From contig NW_024704935.1 in assembly GCF_018977255.1 (NCBI RefSeq), forward strand, positions 62,001-100,577: 38,577 nucleotides of DNA. The letters run 5' to 3'. Below are positions 23,777 through 34,779 of the stretch, piece after piece; the first letter of the stretch is position 1; every line of letters begins with the position of its first letter. The notes under the pieces are model-generated. The model saw only the letters and a list, made by a program, of their open reading frames with translations. It was not told the origin of the DNA and did no database searches. Origin of the DNA: Callorhinchus milii. Lineage: Eukaryota. The translations under genes were made by a program, and so were the position numbers.

Positions 23777-24672
23777 TTAACTTGATGTCGCTGCTGATCA
23801 TTTCCCGTGGAAATTGTGGTCTCGCCAAAGGCGTCACCCTTTACTTGTTATCCATGGCGCTGGCGGATCTTATGGTCATTATCACGGATGTAATATTGAA
23901 TCGCATTAATAGTTTTTATTTCCCAATCAGTTTCTTGTTCTATACGCCCGTGTGCAGTCTCAGAGTTGTTTTGATGGCTACATCCATCAGATGTTCCGGC
24001 TGGTTGACTGTCGCTTTCACCTTCGACCGTTTTGTGGCTATTTGTTGTCAGACGTATAAAACTACTTATTGCACTGAGAAAACTGCCTATTTGGTGATAA
24101 CAATAGTCAGTGTGATGAGCTGTGTTCAAAGCATTCCCTGGTACTTTGTGATTTCTCCCGTTATAATAATTAACGATGTACCATTTTACTGCACTGGAAA
24201 ACCCAGCACATATACTTCACCAATATGGAGAGCGTTTGGATGGTTTAACCGAACTTTTACTCCTATTGCTGTTTTTCTTTTGATTTGTCTCTTCAATGCG
24301 TTAACCATCAGACACATTTTAACAGCCAGCAGGGTCCGCAGGAGAATACGGGTCAACAAAAATGGGGCTGACCAGAATGATCCAGAGATGGAAAAGCGAA
24401 GAAAATCCATAACTTTACTATTTGCTATATCGGCCAGTTTTCTATTGTTATGGATTACCACTATTATCTACTCATTGAAATGGAAAATTACCAACTATAA
24501 TTATGAAACATCAGTGAATAACTCTCGATATATCTTCCAACAGACGGGATTTATGCTTCAACTTTTATGTTCCTGTACTAACACATGTATATATGCGGTG
24601 ACCCAAACCAAGTTTAGAGAGGATCTGAAGAATGTGGTTAAATATCCTTTAACACTTATTGGCTTTAAGTAA
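23777..24672 (+). CDS. GPR139/GPR142-like orphan class A GPCR, exon 2 (intact; spliced product 321 aa)
   Basis: Acceptor TTTTCTTGTAG| at 23776, phase 1 (G+TT=Val, giving VPVNL). Uninterrupted 7TM frame with ADL, PVC, WLTVAFTFDRFVAICC, FNALTIRHIL, DPEMEKRRKSI, FLLLW, and QLLCSCTNTCIYAVTQTKFRE; stop at 24670-24672. AATAAA at 24686 and 24759. Confidence 0.93.
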
Positions 24673-25449
24673 AACTATTATGAATAATAAAGAACTATTT
24701 TTCGACCGAAGATGTCTTGACAGTTTTACTTCTCGAATATGCCTGTGTTCATGTATAGAATAAACACCCATTCCTGTTTGCAGATTATCCGGACAAGTAC
24801 TGTTGGACGTGAAAAACTCTCCAGATAACGCAATGTTTGTACACTTATTTGCCTCCAGTCGTAGAACCTCGCAACATAAACTAAGTGACCTATTTCTGTG
24901 TGTCTATTTTTCATTTTTATTATTGGTAAAAATGTTTTATTTGGCGTGCAATGCTTTTTTGTAATTTATGTCAAAAATCAGCAACCACGACAAGTTGCAT
25001 TTAAAGAGCTCACTTCACACATGATAGCTTTTTTTTCGCTTATCAGTAACACTTTCCTCGGGAGAAGTGTCCACAGACTCGGTCGAAGAGGATGGCCTCT
25101 AAGACAGAAACTGTAAACGGGGAAGGAGGGGACAAGGTGGAAGAATTGAATTGAGATGTCAAAAGTTTTGCGGCAAAGTGACACGTATGTGGCTGTGTGT
25201 ATCTGTATTTTCATGAGTCTGTGTCTGTTGTTGTTGTTGTGGATGGTGTTTAATACGTTCCAGCTGATTAGTGTCTCTGGCTGTCTGATATTAACAGGGA
25301 GCACCACTATATGGTCTGGTGTTAACAGTGTGTATGCAGATCTGTTTGAGTGTGTGTGTCTGCGTATGTATACCTGGTGTCTGTGTTTCTGACTGTCTGT
25401 GTGTGCGCGTCTGTTACTGGTGTTCAGGGGAGATGGCTGTTATTCAGTG

Positions 25450-26680
25450 CTTGCTAGCTGGTGTTTAGTGGGTGCTAGCTGGTGTTTAGTGGGTGCCGGC
25501 TGGTGTTTAGTGGGTGCTGGCTGGTGTTTAGTGGGTGCCGGCTGGTGTTTAGTGGGTGCTGGCTGGTGTTTAGTGGGTGCCGGCTGGTGTTTAGTGGGTG
25601 CTAGCTGGTGTTTAGTGGGTGCTGGCTGGTGTTTAGTGGGTGCCGGCTTGTGTTTAGTGCGTGCTAGCTGGTGTTTAGTGGGTGTGCTGTTAGTGGGTGC
25701 TGGCTGGTGTTTAGTGGGTGCTGGCTGGTGTTTAGTGGGTGCTGGCTGGTGTTTAGTGGGTGCTGGCTGGTGTTTAGTGGGTGCTAGCTGGTGTTTAGTG
25801 GGTGCTGGCTGGTGTTTAGTGGGTGCTGGCTGGTGTTTAGTGGGTGCTGGCTGGTGTTTAGTGGGTGCTAGCTGGTGTTTAGTGGGTGCTGGCTGGTGTT
25901 TAGTGGGTGCCGGCTGGTGTTTAGTGGGTGCTGGCTGGTGTTTAATGGGTGCTAGCTGGTGTTTAGTGGGTGCTGGCTGGTATTTAGTGGGTGCTGGCTG
26001 GTGTTTAGTGGGTGCTGGCTGGTGTTTAGTGGGTGCTGGCTGGTGTTTAGTGGGTGCTGGCTGGTGTTGAATGGGTGCTAGCTGGTGTTTAGTGGGTGCT
26101 GGCTGGTGTTTAGTGGGTGCTGGCTGGTGTTTAGTGGGTGCTAGCTAGTGTTTAGTGGGTGCTGGCTGGTGTTTAGTGGGTGCTGGCTGGTGTTTAGTGG
26201 GTGCTGGCTGGTGTTTAGTGGGTGCTAGCTGGTGTTTACTGGGTGCCGGCTGGTGTTTATTGGGTGCCGGCTGGTGTTTATTGGGTGCTGGCTTGTGCTT
26301 TATGGGTGCTAGCTGGTGTTTAGTGGGTGCTGGCTGGTATTTAGTGGGTGCCGGCTGGTGTTTAGTGGGTGCTGGCTGGTGTTTAGTGGGTGCCGGCTGG
26401 TGTTTAGTGGGTGCCGGCTGGTGTTTAGTGGGTGCCGGCTGGTGTTTAGTGGGTGCTGGCTGGTGTTTAGTGGGTGCTGGCTGTTGTTTAGTTTGTGCCG
26501 GCTGGTGTTCAGTGGGTGCCCGCTGGTGTTTAGTGGGTGCTGGCTGGTGTTTAGTGGGTGCAAGCTGGTGTTTAGTGGGTGCCGGCTGGTGTTCAGTGGG
26601 TGCCCGCTGGTGTTTAGTGGGTGCTGGCTGGTGTTTAGTGGGTGCAAGCTGGTGTTTAGTGGGTGCTGGCTGGTGTTTAG
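25450..26680 (+). repeat. 21-bp G-rich minisatellite (GCTGGCTGGTGTTTAGTGGGT), roughly 55-60 copies
   Basis: Direct reading; variants GCCGGC and GCTAGC. Explains the GAGWCLV and PAPTKHQ repeat ORFs. Confidence 0.97.
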
Positions 26681-27420
26681 CCATCTCCAACCTCACCTTC
26701 TTGTACAAGGTCCTTGAAAGAGTTGTCGCCTCCCAGCTGTGCTCTTTCCTCTCCACCCATTCATTATTCGAACCCGTTCAGTCGGGTTTCCGTGCTGCCC
26801 ATAGCACAGAAACTGCCCTGGTCAAGGTCACCACTGACATCCTGACCATCTGTGACCAGGGCTCCCTCTGCCTCCTCGTCCTCCTCGTCCTATCGGCAGC
26901 ATTTCGATACGAGCGACCACTCTATCCTCCTCCACCGCTTGTCCTTCCACCTCAACCTTCAAGGTCCTGTTCTTGAGTGGTTTAGGTCGCACCTCTCCCA
27001 CTCTCTTCATTTTGTTTCCACCAAAGGCTTTTCCTCCACTCCCCGCACTGTCTCGTGCGGTGTCCCTCAGGGCTCTGTCCTTGGTCCCCTCCTCTTCACC
27101 CACTACATGCTCCCCCTGTGGTGACATCATCCGCAGACATGGGGTTAACTTCCACATATATGCGGATGACACCCTACTCTACCTTTCCTCCTCTACCCTC
27201 AACTCCACGACCACCGATGTCCTGATATCTGTCTGTCCGACATCGAGTCCTGGACGAGAGACAACTTTCTTCAGCTCAACGTACGCAAAACCGTGGCCCT
27301 CCTGATTGGTTCGCATCAGCGCCTCCGCACCTCAGGCGCTGACAGCATCAGCATCCAAGGCTGCACTCTCCACCTCTCAAAGCCATCAGGAACCTCGGGG
27401 TTCTGTTCGTCCCTGAATTT
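26681..27420 (+). mobile_element. L2 LINE RT fragment, same family as the copy at 19216-21660 but in the opposite orientation
   Basis: ISNLTFLYKVLERVVASQL...[27 protein letters not shown], and HIYADD (27159-27170). Roughly 85-93% identical by eye to the reverse complement of about 19975-20700. Confidence 0.95.
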
Positions 27421-28008
27421 CACCAATAATCACCAATAATTAATCATAGTTAATAACATTAAATAATATTAAATACTATGACATATATTTAATAATGATT
27501 ATTAATCATTAATAATAACAAATAATATTTTAAAAATATTCCATAAAATTAATAATTAACAATAATACATATTAATTAAAAATATGTCATAATGATTCAT
27601 TATAAATTATAATTATCACCAATAATTAATAATAAATAAAAACATTCATTAATAATTAATAATCACCACCAATAGTTAATAATAACCAAAAAAATTAACA
27701 TATCATAATAATAAATAATAATGTATTATATTCCACAATAATTAATAATAATAATCCACAATAATTAATAATCACAAATAGTCAGCAATGATTAATAATA
27801 ATTAATAATATTTAATAATATTACATAATTATTAATTACATTATTAAATAATATTTATTATTATTTTTATTATTATTGTTCAATATTATTAATTATTAAT
27901 CATTATTAATTTTTATGCCATACATTTAATTATTACTTATCATTATAAATGAATAACAACAATTATTAATTATTATGGAATATCATTAAACAATATTTAT
28001 TACTTTTG

Positions 28009-28009
<1 letters not shown>

Positions 28010-28064
<55 letters not shown>

Positions 28065-28258
28065 CCTTGCATTTGATATAGCGCTTTTCACGTCGGGAGG
28101 ACGTCCCAAAGCGCTTCACAGAATATATTGTAAAGTGAATTGAATGTATATTTGTGGGCGAACACGGCAGCCAATTGCGCACAGCAATGTCCCACAAACA
28201 GTCGTAGTTTGAAAATGACCAATTTATTATTGTTTTTGGTTTTGGAGGGATTATTATA
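28010..28258 (-). mobile_element. Deu-type SINE, head missing, with expanded (TTA)~18 tail
   Basis: Near-identical to 35360-35568. Minus strand reads GTGGGACATTGCTGTGCGCAATTGGCTGCC...AAGCGCTTTGGGACGTCCTCCCGACGTGAAAAGCGCTATATCAAATGCAAGG(ATT)n. Confidence 0.9.
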
Positions 28259-28289
28259 ATAATTATTATAATGTTAGAATCATAATAGA

Positions 28290-28808
28290 TGTTGCGAACG
28301 GGTTAACTTTTAAGTTAAGTGTGGGGGGCAATTGGACTGACAGTCATGAGATAGGACACCTCTGGTTTTCTCTGTTTTTGAAAGAATAACAGGACAGCTT
28401 TGGAAAAGGGAAAAGGGCAGGGGGTCACCTCTTATCAGTAAATGACAACACGCCCACAGAGATAACGGTCCAAGGTACCGGTCGACACAAGATCTCGACT
28501 TAGCAATAAGTCGCTAGATTCTGACAGGGCCAAGCGACAGAAGACAACCCTCAAGAATAGCAACTTATGAGCAAGTTGCTTAAACTAGAGGACCTTGGTA
28601 CCATCCCGGGATACTGATAAGAAATAACCAGTCACTTAAAAGGAATGTACTAATATTCCCACCTTACAAAATAACAAGCATCAGATAACAGGGGTCTTAA
28701 GGACAACGTGTATGTGTGCTGAGGCACGTACACCCCATGAGGTGTTCACGTGAACCCAGTATGATTTTGACCAGGTGATCTAATGTCCGCACCATGATTG
28801 GACGAACA
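28290..28808. mobile_element. Candidate solo LTR (about 519 bp complex island with TGTT...AACA ends)
   Basis: Sharp composition boundaries. Starts TGTTGCGAAC and ends GACGAACA; TATA-like CTTAAAAGG near 28635. No target-site duplication or canonical AATAAA seen. Confidence 0.35.
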
Positions 28809-29058
28809 TCGTTATTATTTAATATTATTAGTTATTATTAATGATTGTGGCATATTTTTAATTATTATTTATTATTAATGATTAATTAATAATAATCATT
28901 AAACATTATGGAATATTATTAAATATAATATATTATTATTTACTATTATTAATGTTTAATAATAATTATTAATGATTATGCAATATTATTAAATAGTACT
29001 TATTATTAATATTTTTTATTAATAATAATTTTTATTATTAATAATATTTAATAATATT

Positions 29059-29503
29059 GAGCCACAGGGCGGCGCTGTTGTTGCAGCACATCACGGTAGC
29101 GGCCGCAGTGACTTTATTGACCCGCTTGGCGGCGCTGTTGTTGCAGTGCATCACTGTAGCGACTGCGGTGACGGTATTCAGCCACCGGGCGGCGCTGTTG
29201 TTGCAGCGCTTCACTGTAGCGGCTGCAGTGACGGTGTTCAGCCACCGGGAGGCGCTGTTGTTGCAGCACATCACTGTAGCGGCTGCAGTGACGGCGTTGA
29301 GCCACCGGGCGGCGCTGTTGTTGCAGCACATCACGGTAGCGGCCGCAGTGACGATATTGAGCCGCGAGGCGGCGCTGTTTTTGCAGCACATCACTGTAGC
29401 CACTGCGGTGACGGTATTGAGCCACCGGGCGGCGCTGTTGTTGCAGCACATCACTGTAGCGACTGGGGTGACGGTGTTGAGCCACCGGGAGGCGCTGTTG
29501 TTG
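29059..29503. repeat. 60-bp GC-rich tandem repeat, about 7.4 copies
   Basis: Units begin at 29059, 29119, 29179, 29239, 29299, 29359, 29419 and 29479. Consensus GAGCCACCGGGCGGCGCTGTTGTTGCAGCACATCACTGTAGCGGCTGCAGTGACGGTRTT. Confidence 0.97.
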
Positions 29504-31715
29504 GTAATAATAATTAATAGTTAATAATTAATTAATAATAATTAATGATAATCACCAATAATTAATAATAATTCATATTATTACATAATAATCGCTGATA
29601 ATAATGCATAATAATTAATAACAATAAATGATAATTCACAATAATTAATAATTATTAAATAATAATATATAATAATAATTAATTATAATTAAAAATATGC
29701 CATAATAATTAATAATAATCAATAATTAAAAATATTCCGTAATAATTAACAATAATTAATAATATTACGGAATAATTAATAATAATTAAAAAAGTATTCC
29801 ACAATAATTTACAATATTAAGTAATAATTAAAAATATTCCATAATAATAATTAATAATATTCCATAATAATTTATATGAATACATAATAATTAATAATAA
29901 TTCATTATGAACCACACTAATTAATAATATTCTATTACAATTAATAAATAATTAAACATATTGCTTAATAATTAATAATAAATAATAATATTTCATAATA
30001 ATTTATAATAATTAAAATAATCCTATATATAACTATATTCCATAATAATTAATAATAATTAGTAATAATTATAGTATAACGTAATAATTTATAATAATTA
30101 AAAATAATCCACAATAATTGAAAAAAATAAACAATAATAAAAAATAATGCTTAATAATTAATAATATTCCATAATAATGAATAATAATTGAAAATCTTCA
30201 ATAGCAGTAAATAATCATTGAAAATAATCCACAATAATTAATAATAATGAATAATAATAGATAATAATTAAAAATATTCCATTATAATTATTAGTAATTA
30301 ATAATATTCCATTAATTATTATGGAATATTATTTATTATTGTAGGTTATTATAAATTATTGTGGATTATAATTAATTATATGGATTGGTACATTTTAATA
30401 ATTATCATGAATTATTGTGGGTTATTATTGATTATCATTAATTGTTATTGAATATTTTTAATTATTATTAATTATTAAGGAATATTAATCATATTATTAA
30501 TTATTACATTTTATTATTAATTATTATGCATTGTTGTTATTTATTAATAATTATTGTGGATGATTATCAATTATTATAAATTATTATTAAATGATGTGGG
30601 TTTTTATTAATTTTTATTAATAATTATGAAATATTTTTTATTATGATTAAATATTCTGAATTATTGCATGTTATTATTAATTATTGTGAATTATTAATAG
30701 TTATTGTGGACTATTATTAATGGTTTTTCGATTATTATTATCAATTATTAATGTTTATTATTAATATTATTTATCTCTGGGTTAAAGTGGATCTGACGTC
30801 ATCCGGGTATTGATTCACATTCGTCTAAAGTCAACCGTGTCTGAGGTTAATAACCCTAATTATTATGGATTATTGTTAATTAGTGTGGATTATTAACGAA
30901 TATTATGGATACTTATGGATTATTATTAATTATTATTAATTATTATGGATTATTATTAATTGTTACAAATTATTAATTATTATTTATTATTATAATTCTT
31001 AAATATTGTTAATTATTAAGAATTATTTTTAATTATTATGGATTATTGTAAACTGTTATTGTTATGGATTATTATGTATTAATAACGAATAATGTGGATT
31101 ATGATTAATTATTATTAATTATTAATAATTATTGTGGAAGATTATGGATTGTTATTAATTATTATGGATTATGATGGATAATTAATATTATGTATTGTTG
31201 TTAATTATTATGGATTATTAAGGATTATTAGTAGTTATCATGGAATCTTATTAATTATTACGGATTATTATTAATTATTATGGATAATTATGGATTATTA
31301 TTAATTATGATTAATTATTATGGATCATTAATTATTATGTATTGTTGTAATTTTTATGGAATATTATGGATTATTATGTATTAATATAAAATATCATAAA
31401 TTATTATGGATTGTTATTAATTATTGTGTATTATTAATTATTATGGATTACTATTAATTACTATGCATTATTGATTATTATAGATTATTATTAATTATTA
31501 TTAACTAATGTGTCATGTTATTATGTTATGGATTATTAATTATTATTTAATATTAAATATTTTTTACTTATTATGAATTATTAAGGATGACTAATTATTA
31601 TGGATAACAATACATAATATTAATGATTGTTAATATTATTATGAATTATTATGGAATATTATCAATTATTATTGATTATTATGGATTAATATAAATTATT
31701 ATTAATTATAATGGA

Positions 31716-34700
31716 TGATGACACACAAAGATACAAACACAGACAGACACAGAGAACGATACGCAGACGCAGACAGACACAAATACACAATACGCAGTCA
31801 CACACAATCACACACAGGCACAGACCCAGTGACACCTCTATATAGTCTGATATAAACAGTGAGAATCTCTGTATAGAGAAAACACAGTCATTACACTTTA
31901 TAGTTTATCCTGTGAGAGAGAAACAGAGAGAGTGACACACACACACACACGTGCACAAAGGCAAACGCACATACTGAACTGTGGTGACACATACACATGT
32001 ACACGAAAAGACACTCACACACGGGCGCAGACACACAAACACACACGCACACACACACACACACACACAGGCAAACACAACTGAGCCATGGACACACACA
32101 AAACGACACACACGTACACACAGTCNNNNNNNNNNNNNNNNNNNNNNNNNNNNNNNNNNNNNNNNNNNNNNNNNNNNNNNNNNNNNNNNNNNNNNNNNNN
32201 NNNNNNNNNNNNNNNNNNNNNNNNNNNNNNNNNNNNNNNNNNNNNNNNNNNNNNNNNNNNNNNNNNNNNNNNNNNNNNNNNNNNNNNNNNNNNNNNNNNN
32301 NNNNNNNNNNNNNNNNNNNNNNNNNNNNNNNNNNNNNNNNNNNNNNNNNNNNNNNNNNNNNNNNNNNNNNNNNNNNNNNNNNNNNNNNNNNNNNNNNNNN
32401 NNNNNNNNNNNNNNNNNNNNNNNNNNNNNNNNNNNNNNNNNNNNNNNNNNNNNNNNNNNNNNNNNNNNNNNNNNNNNNNNNNNNNNNNNNNNNNNNNNNN
32501 NNNNNNNNNNNNNNNNNNNNNNNNNNCAGACACACACAGGCACAGGCACACAGACACATACACAGACGCAAANNNNNNNNNNNNNNNNNNNNNNNNNNNN
32601 NNNNNNNNNNNNNNNNNNNNNNNNNNNNNNNNNNNNNNNNNNNNNNNNNNNNNNNNNNNNNNNNNNNNNNNNNNNNNNNNNNNNNNNNNNNNNNNNNNNN
32701 NNNNNNNNNNNNNNNNNNNNNNNNNNNNNNNNNNNNNNNNNNNNNNNACACCCACACAGAGACACACACAGGCACAGACACAGTAACACCTCTATGTAGT
32801 CTGATATAAACAGTGAGAATCTCTGTATGGAGAAAACACAGTCACTACACTTTATAGTTTATCCTGTGAGAGAGAAACAGAGAGAGTGACACACACACAC
32901 ACGCACACTCATAAATACAAACAAACAGAGCCNNNNNNNNNNNNNNNNNNNNNNNNNNNNNNNNNNNNNNNNNNNNNNNNNNNNNNNNNNNNNNNNNNNN
33001 NNNNNNNNNNNNNNNNNNNNNNNNNNNNNNNNNNNNNNNNNNNNNNNNNNNNNNNNNNNNNNNNNNNNNNNNACACACACGCAGTCACAGAAACNNNNNN
33101 NNNNNNNNNNNNNNNNNNNNNNNNNNNNNNNNNNNNNNNNNNNNNNNNNNNNNNNNNNNNNNNNNNNNNNNNNNNNNNNNNNNNNNNNNNNNNNNNNNNN
33201 NNNNNNNNNNNNNNNNNNNNNNNNNNNNNNNNNNNNNNNNNNNNNNNNNNNNNNNNNNNNNNNNNNNNNNNNACACAGATGCACACAAAAAGACTGACAT
33301 ACACAAACACACACACAGACACAGACATACACAGACAGAGACTCAGCCGTGCTGACACACAGATACACACANNNNNNNNNNNNNNNNNNNNNNNNNNNNN
33401 NNNNNNNNNNNNNNNNNNNNNNNNNNNNNNNNNNNNNNNNNNNNNNNNNNNNNNNNNNNNNNNNNNNNNNNNNNNNNNNNNNNNNNNNNNNNNNNNNNNN
33501 NNNNNNNNNNNNNNNNNNNNNGTCATACAGACACACACACACAGTCATACACACAGATACACACACACAGTCATACACAGACACGGACACACACACACAG
33601 TCATACACACAGACACACACACATACAGTCATACACACGGACACACAGTCCTACACACAGACACACACACACAGTCATACACACACACACACAGTCATAC
33701 ACACAGACACAGACACACACACACAGTCATANNNNNNNNNNNNNNNNNNNNNNNNNNNNNNNNNNNNNNNNNNNNNNNNNNNNNNNNNNNNNNNNNNNNN
33801 NNNNNNNNNNNNNNNNNNNNNNNNNNNNNNNNNNNNNNNNNNNNNNNNNNNNNNNNNNNNNNNNNNNNNNNNNNNNNNNNNNNNNNNNNNNNNNNNNNNN
33901 NNNNNNNNNNNNNNNNNNNNNNNNNNNNNNNNNNNNNNNNNNNNNNNNNNNNNNNNNNNNNNNNNNNNNNNNNNNNNNNNNNNNNNNNNNNNNNNNNNNN
34001 NNNNNNNNNNNNNNNNNNNNNNNNNNNNNNNNNNNNNNNNNNNNNNNNNNNNNNNNNNNNNNNNNNNNNNNNNNNNNNNNNNNNNNNNNNNNNNNNNNNN
34101 NNNNACAACTCTATATAATCTGATATTGACAGTGAGAACCTCTATATAGACAAAACACAGTCACTACACTTCGCAGTTTACCCTGTGAGAGGGACACAGA
34201 TAGAGTGAGATAGATACACAAACACACACACACACAGGTACACTCACACAGACAAACAGATAAACGCACACAAACAGACAAACTCACACACACACAGACA
34301 CACAAACATATGCACCAAGACAAACGTACACACACTGAACCGTGGTGACACACACGCACGCACACAAAAAAGGTACACATACACACGCAAACATGGGCGC
34401 AGACACACACACACAAACACACGCATAGACACACACAACTGAGCCGTGGTGACATACACAGACGCGCACAAAACGCCACACACATACATACACAGATACA
34501 CACAGGCACACACAGAGACAGACATACAGGCACAGATACATACACAGACACACACACATATGCACGCAAAGAGACACATACAAACAGACGTGCAAACAGA
34601 CGCAAACACACACAGGTACTGAGCCAGACAGACAGACAGACAGACACACGGACAGACGGACAGACACACGGACAGACAGACACACGGACAGACGGACGGA

Positions 34701-34735
34701 CACAGACAGACAGACACACGGACAGACAGATCTGA
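31716..34735. repeat. CA-rich compound satellite with a recurring ~100-bp complex unit; largely unresolved (six N gaps)
   Basis: The unit CTCTATATAGTCTGATATAAACAGTGAGAATCTCTGTA...GTTTATCCTGTGAGAG recurs at about 31835, 32790 and 34110 (diverged). Separated by CACA/CAGTCATA arrays and gaps; (GACA)n at 34620-34735. Confidence 0.85.
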
Positions 34736-34779
34736 CAATCGACTATCAACCGGGTTCCTATTTATTGCAAAGTAAACAG

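Larger units (their letters stand above)
27421..31715. repeat. Extremely AT-rich degenerate (AAT)n/(ATT)n satellite with embedded islands
   Basis: Near-absence of G/C; motifs AATAATAATTAAT, CCATAATAAT and ATTATTATGG; strand polarity switches several times. Confidence 0.92.

Noticed and set aside
25450-26680. Interstitial telomeric repeat
   Set aside because: Contains TTAGTGGG, not tandem TTAGGG.
25399-26976. Long ORFs of GAGWCLV / PAPTKHQ / HPLNTS repeats
   Set aside because: A 21-bp unit is divisible by 3, so frames stay open trivially; these are minisatellite artefacts running into an L2 fragment.
29360-29410. RSS-like motif (CTGTTTTTG ... CACTGTA)
   Set aside because: The spacer is 8-9 nt rather than 12 or 23, both elements are imperfect, and there is no adjacent gene segment.
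29059-29503. CRISPR array or protein-coding repeat (ORFs 29038-29524)
   Set aside because: Vertebrate context, no unique spacers (whole 60-mers are repeated), no cas genes, and no splice signals or recognisable domain.
31891-34749. Long ORFs spanning N runs and CA/GT repeats (also 6135-6444)
   Set aside because: Artefacts of assembly gaps and dinucleotide repeats.
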